Shown here in pieces: positions 10,387 to 20,015 of a stretch of 64,000 nucleotides of DNA. Each line of letters opens with the position of its first letter. Positions within the stretch are counted from its first letter, which is position 1. The notes under the pieces were generated by a model that saw only the letters and a list, made by a program, of their open reading frames with translations, was not told where the DNA came from and made no database searches. A program made the position numbers and the translations under genes. This stretch comes from Candidatus Eiseniibacteriota bacterium (lineage in GTDB: Bacteria > Eisenbacteria > RBG-16-71-46): the NCBI GenBank assembly GCA_044223005.1, contig JBGAML010000002.1, positions 192,001-256,000 of the forward strand, written 5' to 3'.

Positions 10387-11616
10387 GTGTCCGCACGCGA
10401 GTCCATCGCGGTTTCCGCTGACGACGATTCGACGGCAATCCCGAACGAGTTGCGCCCGGTCGCGCCATCGGAACGGCGTCTCGAACTGGACGTCCTGCGC
10501 GGCCTCGCGCTCTTCGGAGTGCTCCTCGTGAATGTCACCGTGTTCAGCGGTTCGGATCTGGCGCTCGAGCAGAAGCTGCCTTATCCGTGGGGCTGGGGTG
10601 GCGCATGGCCGAGCGATCTGCGGAGCGCGCTGGTGGAAAGCAAGGCCGCCGCCCTCCTGGCCATGCTCTTTGGAGCCGGCCTGACGATCCAGTGCGACCG
10701 AGTCCTGCGGCAAGGCCGCTCCTATGTCGCCTTCGCGTTCCGCCGCTCGGGCGCGCTCGCGCTGATCGGGCTCGCTCACACGCTCCTGCTGTGGAACGGC
10801 GACATCCTGCTCGACTACGCGGTGATCAGCCTTCTGATGATCCCGTTCCTCCGACTGCGCGCCTCGCGGATTCTGTGGGCAATCCCGGCACTCATTGCGG
10901 CGACCATCGTCCTGACGGTGCCCATCCTGCGCCTGGCCGAGTCGGGGCTCTCCTATCCGCTGCAGGTGCAACACTACGGTGCCGGTTCCTGGGTGGACGC
11001 ATTCCGATTTCGGGCGTGGGAGTTCATCCACGCCATGGGCCCGATGCGGGCGGCGAACCGGCTGCCGATTCTCTCGCCGTTCTTCGTCCTGGGGGCCTAC
11101 TTCTGGAAGAAGGGGTATCTCTCCGAGCCGATGCAGCATCGCGGTGCACTCGTGCGGATCCTCGCCGCCTGTTCGCTGATCGGACTGTTCGCGAACGCGG
11201 TCCCGTGGGAGCACCTCGGCGGCTGGCTGACCGTGCACATTCCGTTTCGGCCGCTGAGAATCGTGATCAAGCTGGTGTGCTTCCTGGGCCGCCCCTTGCT
11301 CACGCTCGGCTACGCCACCGGGATCCTGCTCCTGCTCCAGCGGCCCGGGTGGCGGCGCGCCCTCGCCCACATCGCACCCCTCGGACGAATGGCCCTTAGC
11401 CAGTACCTGCTCCAGTCCGTGGTGTGCACGTTGGTGTTCAATGGCTACGGGCTCGGTCTCTTCGGCAAGGTCTCGATCAACGCCTGCATCCTCGGCACGA
11501 TCGTGTTCTTCCCCCTGCAGGTGTGGACCAGCGAGTGGTGGCTCGCGCGGTTCCGGATGGGGCCGGCGGAGTGGTTGTGGCGCCGGATGGTGTATGGGGG
11601 GGCACGCCACGAGTAG
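10387..11616 (+). CDS. DUF418 (YeiB-like) membrane protein
   Basis: GGAGG RBS and GTG; LDVLRGLALFGVLLVN, LWNGDILLDYA, GRMALSQYLLQS, RFRMGPAEWLWR. Confidence 0.85.
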   Translation: MSARESIAVSADDDSTAIPNELRPVAPSERRLELDVLRGLALFGVLLVNVTVFSGSDLALEQKLPYPWGWGGAWPSDLRSALVESKAAALLAMLFGAGLTIQCDRVLRQGRSYVAFAFRRSGALALIGLAHTLLLWNGDILLDYAVISLLMIPFLRLRASRILWAIPALIAATIVLTVPILRLAESGLSYPLQVQHYGAGSWVDAFRFRAWEFIHAMGPMRAANRLPILSPFFVLGAYFWKKGYLSEPMQHRGALVRILAACSLIGLFANAVPWEHLGGWLTVHIPFRPLRIVIKLVCFLGRPLLTLGYATGILLLLQRPGWRRALAHIAPLGRMALSQYLLQSVVCTLVFNGYGLGLFGKVSINACILGTIVFFPLQVWTSEWWLARFRMGPAEWLWRRMVYGGARHE

Positions 11617-11809
11617 GCTGACCGCTCCCGTCGCGAGGCGTTCCTTCGCGGGACTCGGAGGCTGGCGAGGCGGGAATTTCCGATCGGAGCCTGCCCACCA
11701 ACCATCGGGCGTCGCGCCCCGCACCCCCGCTTCGCTCCGCCTCACGCGCGAGGAGCTACGCCGGCGCCTTTCGAGCCGAGTTCGGGGCTCGGCGCCGACC
11801 ACGGACTCC

Positions 11810-11827
11810 TGTGTCGGATCGGTGCGA
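11810..11827 (+). repeat. arm-site-like 7-mer pair TGTGTCG-N4-GGTGCGA
   Basis: 11-bp period; starts 144 bp upstream of att copy 3. Confidence 0.45.
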
Positions 11828-11953
11828 AAACCAACGCGCGACAGCGGTGATCATCGATCGCAATCGGTCATGACGGCGTTCGCGGAAAGTGTCGATGGCC
11901 GCCCGCCGTGCTCGATCTCAACGGATGTCCTCGCCTCGGGGCCGGCATTCGAT

Positions 11954-11989
11954 CTTCAGTGGGTGTGGTCGAGCGGGACGGTGGCGGGG
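11954..11989 (+). repeat. att-like direct repeat copy 3
   Basis: 33/36 identical to copy 1; reads LQWVWSSGTVAGRAACRAAV with stop ending at 12016. Confidence 0.88.
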
Positions 11990-12050
11990 CGGGCGGCCTG
12001 TCGTGCCGCCGTGTGAGCGGGCGCATGCTCGTGCAGGGTGGTCGGGTGGT

Positions 12051-13244
12051 TCAGAAGGACCATTTCACCCACAACGTCGCGATGTTCCCGTCGTCGCCGA
12101 ACTCCGTCCCGGAAGCGCCGCCGAAGAGCAGCGCGCTCGCGGACACGTCGAGGTCGGTCCAGGCGGACCAGCGAGCCGATGGGCCCGCGTACCACGAGTG
12201 GTCGCCGGGATCGAGAATCCCGTCCAGCCCGACTCGCACGAGCGGGCCCAGGTCGTGGCCGGCCTCGGAGTAGATCGAGAACCGCGCCGGGCTGAGCCAG
12301 CGCCGGCGGTACGCGCGGGCCAGCCGCGCGCCGCCCGCCGCGCCACTCGTGCCGCGCTCGTTGTAGAGCACGGCTCCGTGCAGGTAGAGCGAACTCGGGA
12401 ACGTGTAGTCACCGTCGAGCGTGCCGGTCCAGCCGGGGGGCTCCGGCTGGCCGTCCTCGACGAGCGCCAGGCCGTCGCGTGGGACCGTGTACAGCAGTTC
12501 GCCGCGGAACCCGCCGCCACCGATGCTGCCCGCCCACGCGCCGCCCGCCAGCGCCTCCGCACCGCGCCGGCCCGCGAGCACGATCCAGTCGTAGCCGGCG
12601 CGATTCACCACCAGTTGGGCCGCCGCCACGTCGTCGTCGGCGTGGGGCAGGGGCGCGAAGGCCAGCTCGAGCTTCGAGCTGGGCCCGAGGTAGAGCTGCA
12701 CGCGCGCCGCATCGGCGCCCGGCTTCTCCTCGTTGTCGAAGTCGAGCGGAGAGGAGGGATTGAAGAGATCGACCGGATTCCACACGAGGGCCGTTCCCCA
12801 GGCGACCCGTTGACGGCCGATCGTGGCCTGGAGCGGGCCGGCGCTGGCGCTGATCCACAGACGGTCGGGCACGACCGCGAACACGGCGCGCTCCCGATCG
12901 ATGGGGCGCCACTCCCAGTCGAAGAACGCGCGATTGCCGCCGAACTGCTCGGACAGCGCATGCAACTCGCCGGCTCCGTCCCCCTGGAACAGCTGCGTCT
13001 TCAGCTCCAGTCCGGTGGCCACCGACGCCACGGGGAACGCGCGCACGTTCAGTCGCGCGTTCAGGATGTTCGTGGCGTTCGTGCCGCCGTGGGACGCGGG
13101 CTGCAGCGCGGCCGACTCCTCCCACAGGAACGGCGACTCGCGGACGTAACCGCCCAGCGTGAAGGAATCCCGGTCCGCGGCGCGCGCGCTCCCGGAGACG
13201 AGCAGAAGGCCGGCGAGGACGGTCGCCACCTGCCGAAGACCCAT
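12051..13244 (-). CDS. putative outer-membrane beta-barrel protein of an ABC/Lol-like operon
   Basis: signal peptide, GRQRVAWG...WNPVDLFNP motif, C-terminal WSF. Confidence 0.7.
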   Translation of the reverse strand: MGLRQVATVLAGLLLVSGSARAADRDSFTLGGYVRESPFLWEESAALQPASHGGTNATNILNARLNVRAFPVASVATGLELKTQLFQGDGAGELHALSEQFGGNRAFFDWEWRPIDRERAVFAVVPDRLWISASAGPLQATIGRQRVAWGTALVWNPVDLFNPSSPLDFDNEEKPGADAARVQLYLGPSSKLELAFAPLPHADDDVAAAQLVVNRAGYDWIVLAGRRGAEALAGGAWAGSIGGGGFRGELLYTVPRDGLALVEDGQPEPPGWTGTLDGDYTFPSSLYLHGAVLYNERGTSGAAGGARLARAYRRRWLSPARFSIYSEAGHDLGPLVRVGLDGILDPGDHSWYAGPSARWSAWTDLDVSASALLFGGASGTEFGDDGNIATLWVKWSF

Positions 13245-13255
13245 GGTGCGAGCTC

Positions 13256-13939
13256 CTACGCCCGGCGCTCGTCCGAGACGACGCGGCCGTCGCGCAGCTG
13301 GATGACGCGATGCGCCCGCGCCACCACCCGCGGGTCGTGGGTGGAGAAGACGAACGTCATGCCGCGCGAACGATTGAGTTCCACCATCTGGTCGAGCAGG
13401 CCCTCGGCGGCCGCCGAGTCCAGGTTCGCGGTCGGTTCGTCGGCGAGCACGAGCGACGGCTGCGACGCCAGGGCGCGCGCCACCGCGACGCGCTGCTGCT
13501 GGCCTCCCGACAGCTCGAACGGGCGTCGCTGCCGCTCGCGACCCAGCCCCACGTGCTCCAACAGCTCGCGCGCGCGGCGCGTGCGCTCCGTGGCGGGCAG
13601 CCCCTGCAGCAGCATGATGAACTCCACGTTCTCCTGTGCGGTCAGCACGGGAACGAGGTTGTACGCCTGGAACACGAAGCCGATGTGGTGCAACCGAAAG
13701 TCCACGCGGTCGCCGGCACGCATCGAGGCGAGGTCCCGGCCGCCGACCTCGATCCGGCCCGAGGTGGGCCGGTCGAGCCCGCCGATGAGATTCAGCAGGG
13801 TCGACTTTCCGGAGCCCGACGGGCCCACGATCGCCGCGAACTCGCCTTCCTCGACCGCGAGCGTCACCTGGTCCACCGCGCTGACCGGAACGCCCTGTCC
13901 GCGATAGACGCGGGTCAGGTCCTGGGTCCTGATGACCAC
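13256..13939 (-). CDS. ABC transporter ATP-binding protein, LolD/MacB-like
   Basis: GPSGSGKST, LSGGQQQRVAVARAL, ADEPTANLD; AAGGAGG RBS before GTG 13939. Confidence 0.9.
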   Translation of the reverse strand: MVIRTQDLTRVYRGQGVPVSAVDQVTLAVEEGEFAAIVGPSGSGKSTLLNLIGGLDRPTSGRIEVGGRDLASMRAGDRVDFRLHHIGFVFQAYNLVPVLTAQENVEFIMLLQGLPATERTRRARELLEHVGLGRERQRRPFELSGGQQQRVAVARALASQPSLVLADEPTANLDSAAAEGLLDQMVELNRSRGMTFVFSTHDPRVVARAHRVIQLRDGRVVSDERRA

Positions 13940-13955
13940 GACGACGTCCTCCTTC

Positions 13956-15173
13956 TCACTCGTACGAGCGAATGGCGCGAACGGGATCGAGCCGCACCGC
14001 CTTCCACCCGGGGGGAATCGAAGCGACCATTGCCGTGACGACCACGAGCAGCACGACGCACGGGTACTGGGTGAGCGGCAGCACCGGGCGAACGATGCGG
14101 CCGAATCCGAAGGCCGCCAGTCCGCTCGAGACGAACGACAGGTCGATGCCGGTGCGGCCGAGCACCGCGACCGAGAGTCCGCCGAGCGCCACCCCGGCCA
14201 GCGCACCACCCGACGAGAGAAGGATCGTCTCGGTGAGGACCATCGCGAACACCAGTCGCGGGCGCATGCCGAGTGCGATCAGCACGCCGAGCTCGCGCGT
14301 CCGCTCGAGCACGCCCATCAACATGGTGTTGGTGATGCCGAAGACCAGCGCGATCAGGATCACGACCAGGAAGATCCCGTCCATCTGCGACGTGGACTCC
14401 TGGGTGAGTGCGACTTCGGGGGAGAGGTCGCGCCAAGTTTCGACGTCGAGATCCGGGAACTCCCGGCGTATCGCCGCCGCCAGTGCGTCGAGGTCGTCCG
14501 GGCGGCGGGCGCGCACCGCGATCTCGTGCAGCGCGCTCCCGAGCGCGAAGCCGCGGCTCAGGTCGGCGCGCGAGACGAAGACGGCCGTTTCGTCGAATCC
14601 CGAGTTCACGGTGCGGTAGACGCCCACGATCCGAAGCGCGGCGGTTCCGATCGAGCCGTCCCCGGCCTGGGCCGTGATCACGAACTTCTTTCCCAGCCCG
14701 AGGCCGAGCTTGCGAGCCAGCCGCTCGCCCACCACCGCGGCATTGCGCCGGGTGCCGTCGAGGTACCGGCCCTCGATCACGTGCTCCGCCACGTCCGTCG
14801 TGCGTCGCTCCGCGCCAGGATCCACCCCGTAGACCCGGACACCGCGCGCGGTCGTCGCCGACGAGGCCATCCCGTTCAGCACCACCCGCCCCGCGACCGC
14901 CTCGACCCCCGGCAGGCGCGACAGCCGCGCCGCCGCCGAGTCGGCCTGTGGAATCGAGAGACTCACGTCCCCGCGCCCGAGGAAGCCGTGGGCGTGAAGC
15001 TGGAGGTGGGAAGTTCGGGTGAGGATCGCGGCCTGGACCTGCTGCTGCGTCATGCCGTTCATCAGCGCCATTTCCAGGATCCCGGCCCAGATCCCGAAGC
15101 CGATCGCCGCGATCAGGATGGCGCTGCGCCGGCCGCCCCGCCACACGTTCCGCCACGCGATGGTCGCGATCAT
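13956..15173 (-). CDS. ABC transporter permease, FtsX/LolE-like
   Basis: IAWRNVWR, NTMLMGVLERTRELGVLIALG, C-terminal LDPVRAIR. Confidence 0.88.
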   Translation of the reverse strand: MIATIAWRNVWRGGRRSAILIAAIGFGIWAGILEMALMNGMTQQQVQAAILTRTSHLQLHAHGFLGRGDVSLSIPQADSAAARLSRLPGVEAVAGRVVLNGMASSATTARGVRVYGVDPGAERRTTDVAEHVIEGRYLDGTRRNAAVVGERLARKLGLGLGKKFVITAQAGDGSIGTAALRIVGVYRTVNSGFDETAVFVSRADLSRGFALGSALHEIAVRARRPDDLDALAAAIRREFPDLDVETWRDLSPEVALTQESTSQMDGIFLVVILIALVFGITNTMLMGVLERTRELGVLIALGMRPRLVFAMVLTETILLSSGGALAGVALGGLSVAVLGRTGIDLSFVSSGLAAFGFGRIVRPVLPLTQYPCVVLLVVVTAMVASIPPGWKAVRLDPVRAIRSYE

Positions 15174-15176
15174 CGC

Positions 15177-16403
15177 TCAGTGCCCTTCCCGCATGGCCGT
15201 GACCGGATCGAGGGTCGCGACACGATGCAGCGGCAGGCCCGTGGCGGCGACGGCCAGCACGAGGACCGCGAAGGTCTGCCAGAGAAAGATCGACGGCGTC
15301 AGAAGGAACGGCAGGATGGGCTCGAAGCCGTAGCGCTCCATGGCGCGGGCGCTCGCACCGCTCAGGAGCACGGGGTGCCGCGCGAGGTACGCGATCAAGG
15401 GGACGCCCAGCAGCACGCCGGCCAGCGCGCCCAGCAGGGCGAGCATCACGCTCTCGCAGAGCACGATCCCGCCCAGCAGGCGTCGCCGCATGCCCACCGC
15501 GACGAGGACGCCGAACTCGCGGGTCCGTTCCATCGTCATCATCAGCACGGTGCCGAGGATGCCGAAACCGATGACGACGTAGACCAGCAGCAGCATGACT
15601 ATGCCGCTGGCGTTGTCGAGCCGGATGTACTGGACCATCTCCGGCATCATCGATTCCCACGACACCACCTCGAACGATCGTCCCAGTCGCGCGGTCAGCG
15701 CCGACTCGACACCCGCCAGCGCCCGGGGATCGTCGATCATGACCGCCAGCGAGGTCACGCGGTCGGGGGCGCCGGCGAACGCCTGTGCCGCCGGAAGCGC
15801 GAGATACGCGAGCGTGGCGTTCAGTTCGGGCGCCGGGAATCGCACCGTGCCCACGATCCGGAAGCGCCCCGCCGCCGAGACGGCGTGGTAGCCGGAGCCG
15901 AGCGCGATCACGGTGTCGCCGGCCTGGAGCCCCAGGTGGCGGGCCAGTTCCGACCCCAGCAGGATGCCCGCGTCGCCGGCACGCAGGTAGCGCCCGCTCG
16001 CCACCTTGCGGGACAGCCCCGTGAGGTGGTCCTCGCGGGCCGGGTCGATGCCGATCAACTGGGCACCGTCGGTCACGTTCCCGCTCGAGAGCAGCGCGAA
16101 GGACTCCAGCCTCGGCGCGCTGAACGTCACATGTCGCACGGCCTCCACCGCCGACGCCGTCGCGCCGGGCCGGGTGAAGCTCGCCTCCAGGCTCTGCGAA
16201 TCCTGGAAGCCACGCGCGTGCACCTGCAGGTAGCCGGTGTAGAAGGACACCACGTTGTGGATCGTGCGGTCGTACATGCCGAGTTGCATCGAGCGCGTGG
16301 TCAGCGCGACCACGACGGCGAAGACCACGGACGACATGGCGATCAGGCTGCGGCGCCGGCTGCGCCACAGATTGCGCCACGCGAGGGTCGCGAAGAGCCT
16401 CAT
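15177..16403 (-). CDS. ABC transporter permease, FtsX/LolE-like
   Basis: LAWRNLWRSRRRS, MERTREFGVLVAVGM, C-terminal LDPVTAMR. Confidence 0.88.
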   Translation of the reverse strand: MRLFATLAWRNLWRSRRRSLIAMSSVVFAVVVALTTRSMQLGMYDRTIHNVVSFYTGYLQVHARGFQDSQSLEASFTRPGATASAVEAVRHVTFSAPRLESFALLSSGNVTDGAQLIGIDPAREDHLTGLSRKVASGRYLRAGDAGILLGSELARHLGLQAGDTVIALGSGYHAVSAAGRFRIVGTVRFPAPELNATLAYLALPAAQAFAGAPDRVTSLAVMIDDPRALAGVESALTARLGRSFEVVSWESMMPEMVQYIRLDNASGIVMLLLVYVVIGFGILGTVLMMTMERTREFGVLVAVGMRRRLLGGIVLCESVMLALLGALAGVLLGVPLIAYLARHPVLLSGASARAMERYGFEPILPFLLTPSIFLWQTFAVLVLAVAATGLPLHRVATLDPVTAMREGH

Positions 16404-16416
16404 CGCGCCCCGCCCC

Positions 16417-17208
16417 TCACCGGACCCGCTTCATGTTCTGTTCTGAGAAGAACGAGTCGGCGATCGGCTCGTCGAATAGGGCCGCCTGGTACGTGAGGAC
16501 GGTCCGGTTGCCCGGCTTGTCCATCGGGGACATCTCGAGGACCGTCGGCAGGAGGCGTCCACCGATCGTTCGGACCGCGGACGATCGCATCACGTCGACG
16601 AGCACGCCGTCCTCGTCGTAGTACTCGCGACGCAGCTCGAGATCGCCCCGCTTGTCGATCCAGACCAGCACCTTGCCCCACACCACCGCCGATTCCGGCC
16701 GGGGTAGCAGGAGGATCTTCCAGCATGCGCGCCCATCCAGCGTCGAGTCCCCGGTGATGGTCTGGGTGTAGTCGCTCACGATCGACGACTCCTTCACGAG
16801 GTCGTCGTTGGCGAAGTCCGAGCCCATCCAGGACTGCGACATCATCGAGGGCGGGATCTTGATCACGCGCTCCACACCCGGGACCCAGCTCCACACGTCG
16901 TGGCCGCGCTTGAGGAAGGTCGTGCCCCGGTCGCGTGCGGGCGCCGTGACCAGGATCAGCGATCGATCGCTGCCCTTGCTCCAGCTCTTCATCGCGATCG
17001 TGCGCGACCAGCCGGGACGAACGAGCGTCATGGTCAGCTCCGAGTAGCTCGTGCGCCCCCGCAGGTGCTCCTCCGCGCGCCGGACGATCTCGGTGGCGTC
17101 GGGCGTCTCCGCGGCGTGTGCCGGGAGCAGCGTGGCGGCGACGACCGCGCAGGAGATCGCGAGGGCCGGAAGCCGGTCGACGATCGAATGCAGGACGATC
17201 GGGGTCAT
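16417..17208 (-). CDS. outer-membrane lipoprotein-sorting protein, LolA-like
   Basis: signal peptide; APARDRGTTFLK, KIPPSMMSQSWMGSDFANDDL, FFSEQNMKR. Confidence 0.8.
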   Translation of the reverse strand: MTPIVLHSIVDRLPALAISCAVVAATLLPAHAAETPDATEIVRRAEEHLRGRTSYSELTMTLVRPGWSRTIAMKSWSKGSDRSLILVTAPARDRGTTFLKRGHDVWSWVPGVERVIKIPPSMMSQSWMGSDFANDDLVKESSIVSDYTQTITGDSTLDGRACWKILLLPRPESAVVWGKVLVWIDKRGDLELRREYYDEDGVLVDVMRSSAVRTIGGRLLPTVLEMSPMDKPGNRTVLTYQAALFDEPIADSFFSEQNMKRVR

Positions 17209-17254
17209 GGGATGTGCCTCCAGCGCCGGACCGCCCGCGTGCGGGCCAGCCGGT

Positions 17255-17902
17255 TCATCGGTGGGCTTCCTTTCGTCCTCCCGGTCCGCGCCCGGTGCCG
17301 CGGCGGGGAACGGCCAGCATCGCCTCGAGCGGACCGGCGACCTGCATCACGTCGAGCGTCGAGTCCACCAGGCGGTGGAACAGCAGGCCGTCCAGGGCCG
17401 CAGCGAGCAGGATCGACGTGGCGGGCAGGTCGAGCGCCGGATCGAGTTCGCCCGTCTCGCGCGCGGCCCGCAGCCGGTCGAGGATGACTCCGCGGAAACG
17501 CCGGGACGCCCGGGTGGCCCACCGTCGAAACGAAGCGTTCTGCGTCGCCTTCACCATCGCTTCGGCGAGGATGGTGGAGCCCGGGGCGTCCTCTCCGTGG
17601 CGATCGATCCACCGCAGGATCGCCCGGATCGAGTCACGGATCGTCTCGCCCGAGCGAAAGGCTTCGATCGCCGGGCCCAGGGTCCGCAGGAGCGCGTCCT
17701 GGGCCGCTTCCATGACCAGCGCCGACACCGAGCCGAAGTGGTAGTGCACCAGGGCCGGGTTCACGCCGGCGCGTTCGGCGATCGAACGCGTGCGGACGCG
17801 GTCGACGCCGACTTCGGCCATCAGCTCGACCGCCGCGTGGAGCAGGCGTTCCCGGGTGGCATTCGAGTTCGCGTTCCGGACCTTCTTCCGCGAGTTGATC
17901 AT
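17255..17902 (-). CDS. TetR/AcrR family regulator heading the Lol-like operon
   Basis: TRERLLHAAVELMAEVG...IAERAGVNPALVHYHFGS; ATG 17902 lies just after the -10 box. Confidence 0.85.
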   Translation of the reverse strand: MINSRKKVRNANSNATRERLLHAAVELMAEVGVDRVRTRSIAERAGVNPALVHYHFGSVSALVMEAAQDALLRTLGPAIEAFRSGETIRDSIRAILRWIDRHGEDAPGSTILAEAMVKATQNASFRRWATRASRRFRGVILDRLRAARETGELDPALDLPATSILLAAALDGLLFHRLVDSTLDVMQVAGPLEAMLAVPRRGTGRGPGGRKEAHR

Positions 17903-17939
17903 ATGCCCAAAACATATGCCCAACTCGGAGGACGGTCAA
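17900..17939 (-). promoter_or_regulatory. promoter TTGACC-N17-TATGTT with direct-repeat operator TTGGGCATATG x2
   Basis: -35 at 17939-17934, -10 at 17916-17911; repeats at 17923-17913 and 17910-17900. Confidence 0.65.
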
Positions 17940-17986
17940 TCCCGGATGTGGCGAAGGACCGGTGAATCGGAGCGGAGAATCGCCGG

Positions 17987-18571
17987 TCAGTTCGGCCCGA
18001 GCGCCCGGCCCGCATCGGTCAGGAGCCCGTGCGCCGTGACTTCGGTCATGCCGCCGGCGAGCGTCGTCGACTGGCCGCCCGCCTCGGCGCAGAGCATCCA
18101 CGACACGAGGCCCGCCTTGTAGCGGTTGGCCATCCGGTCGTTCTGCGCCCCCGCTGCCATGCCGGAGTAGACGGTGCCGGTGTTCGCGATCGTCGCTTCC
18201 TGGATATCGGGAATGCCGTTTCGCAGGATCAGCCGGTGGATCGACGCACGGGGGATCCTCGAGCCGCCGGCGCCCTCGATGCCTTCGGGCGAGACCACGA
18301 ACGTGCCGCCGGGCGAGCGGACCTTGTCGACCTTCGAGGCGAACCACCGATTGGTCCCGCGGTAGACGAACCGCGCTCCGAATCCCATGATCGCCAGCCG
18401 GATCACGAGCCCGAAGAAGCCCATGTCGCGGGTGAACGAGGCGAAGACCACGAGCACGAAGATGCCGGCGAGCACCGCGGGCGCGCCGCTGGCCCTGGGG
18501 GCGGACGCGGGCGTGACCGTGAATCGCACCCGGCCGCCGCCGAGGTCTTCCTGCTGGTAGCTGCTGTCCAT
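17987..18571 (-). CDS. hypothetical 2-TM membrane protein, copy A
   Basis: 194 aa, GGAGG RBS, near-identical to 38746-39330. Confidence 0.8.
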   Translation of the reverse strand: MDSSYQQEDLGGGRVRFTVTPASAPRASGAPAVLAGIFVLVVFASFTRDMGFFGLVIRLAIMGFGARFVYRGTNRWFASKVDKVRSPGGTFVVSPEGIEGAGGSRIPRASIHRLILRNGIPDIQEATIANTGTVYSGMAAGAQNDRMANRYKAGLVSWMLCAEAGGQSTTLAGGMTEVTAHGLLTDAGRALGPN

Positions 18572-18754
18572 GACGATCCTCCGAGAGGGTGTGGGGTGGT
18601 CGGGACTCGGGGCGCCTGCAACTCCTTTCCCTTATTGCGCGGAAACCGTCCGAAGACCGTCATTCGATCCGCGGGGGCGGAGGAAGTCCGGCGGCGGAGG
18701 CGTCGGCGCGGGCGTCCGGGACGCGTGGGGCGACGCGCCTCCTGCGGGCGCCGG

Positions 18755-19999
18755 CTACGCCGGAGAGGAGGTCAGCCGCTTCGCCAGCGGCCCGACGGTG
18801 AGCCCCTGCACCACGATCGAGAACGCGACGACGATGTAGGTCACGGTCACGAGCAGGTCGCTGTGGCTGCCCCGGGGCAGGGAGAGTGCGAGTGCCACCG
18901 AGATGCCCCCCCGCAGTCCGCTCCACGTCAGGAACTTGATCGCGTGCGGGCCCACGGAGCGTCGCAGGCCCCGCAGCGAGGCGATCGGCACGCCCACGCT
19001 GATCGCGCGCGCGAGCAGGATCAGCGGGATCAGCAGCAGGCCGGCGACGATGTACCGCGAGGCGAGGTCCAGCACGACCACTTCGACGCCGATCAGCACG
19101 AAGAGTATCGCGTTGAGGAAGTCGTCGATGATCTCCCAGAACGCGTCCAGGCGCTGCTGCGTGCGCGGGGACATGGCCGACGTGCGGCCCGCACTGCCCA
19201 CCAGGAGTCCCGCGACCACCATGGCCAGCGGGCCGGAAACCTGCAGGCGCTGCGCGAGTGCGTAGCCGCCCGTGACGAGGGCGAGCGTGAGCAGGATCTC
19301 CACCTGGTACTGGTCGACGCTCTTGAGCATTCGGTACGCGACGAAGCCGACCACGAGTCCGTAGAGCACGCCCCCCAGCGCCTGCTGGACGAGCAGGTGC
19401 GCCACGTGGGCGAACGAGACCGGTTCACCGGCGGTCACCAGTCGCAGGACGACCAGGAACACGACGACGCCGAACCCGTCGTTGAACAGCGATTCGCCGG
19501 TGAGCTTGACGCTCAACGACCGCGGCACGCCCGCCTGCCGGAGCGTCGCGGCCACGGCGATGGGATCGGTCGGGGAGATCAGCGCGCCGAAAAGCAGGCA
19601 GTGGAGGAAGGGGACCCCCAGGCCGAGTGCGTGGAAGACCGCCCACGACGCGCCGCCGACGATCAGCGTGGACAGCACGACGCTGCCGGTCGCGAGCAGC
19701 AGGATCGCCCAGCGGTGCGTGTAGAGGTCGTCGAGTTCGAGGTGGATGGATCCCGCGAAGAGCAGCGCCCCGAGCATGCCGTCCAGGAGCACGGCGTGGA
19801 AATCGAAGTTCCGGACCACGGGGACGAGGGGGTCCGCGTGGAACAGGCCCGACGCGTGCAGGGCGACCATGACGAGCGAGCCGAGCATGGCGATCACCAT
19901 GAGCCCGATCGTCGTCGGCAGCCGGACCCAGCGATGGTTCACCCAGCTGAACACGGCGGCCAGCGTGGTGATCGCGGCGAAGATCTCGAACGGCGTCAT
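18755..19999 (-). CDS. Na+/H+ antiporter, CPA1/NhaP family
   Basis: LFGALISPTDPIAV, GESLFNDG, TWSGLRGGISVALALSLP. Confidence 0.9.
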   Translation of the reverse strand: MTPFEIFAAITTLAAVFSWVNHRWVRLPTTIGLMVIAMLGSLVMVALHASGLFHADPLVPVVRNFDFHAVLLDGMLGALLFAGSIHLELDDLYTHRWAILLLATGSVVLSTLIVGGASWAVFHALGLGVPFLHCLLFGALISPTDPIAVAATLRQAGVPRSLSVKLTGESLFNDGFGVVVFLVVLRLVTAGEPVSFAHVAHLLVQQALGGVLYGLVVGFVAYRMLKSVDQYQVEILLTLALVTGGYALAQRLQVSGPLAMVVAGLLVGSAGRTSAMSPRTQQRLDAFWEIIDDFLNAILFVLIGVEVVVLDLASRYIVAGLLLIPLILLARAISVGVPIASLRGLRRSVGPHAIKFLTWSGLRGGISVALALSLPRGSHSDLLVTVTYIVVAFSIVVQGLTVGPLAKRLTSSPA

Positions 20000-20015
20000 G
20001 GGTGCCGGAACTCCG

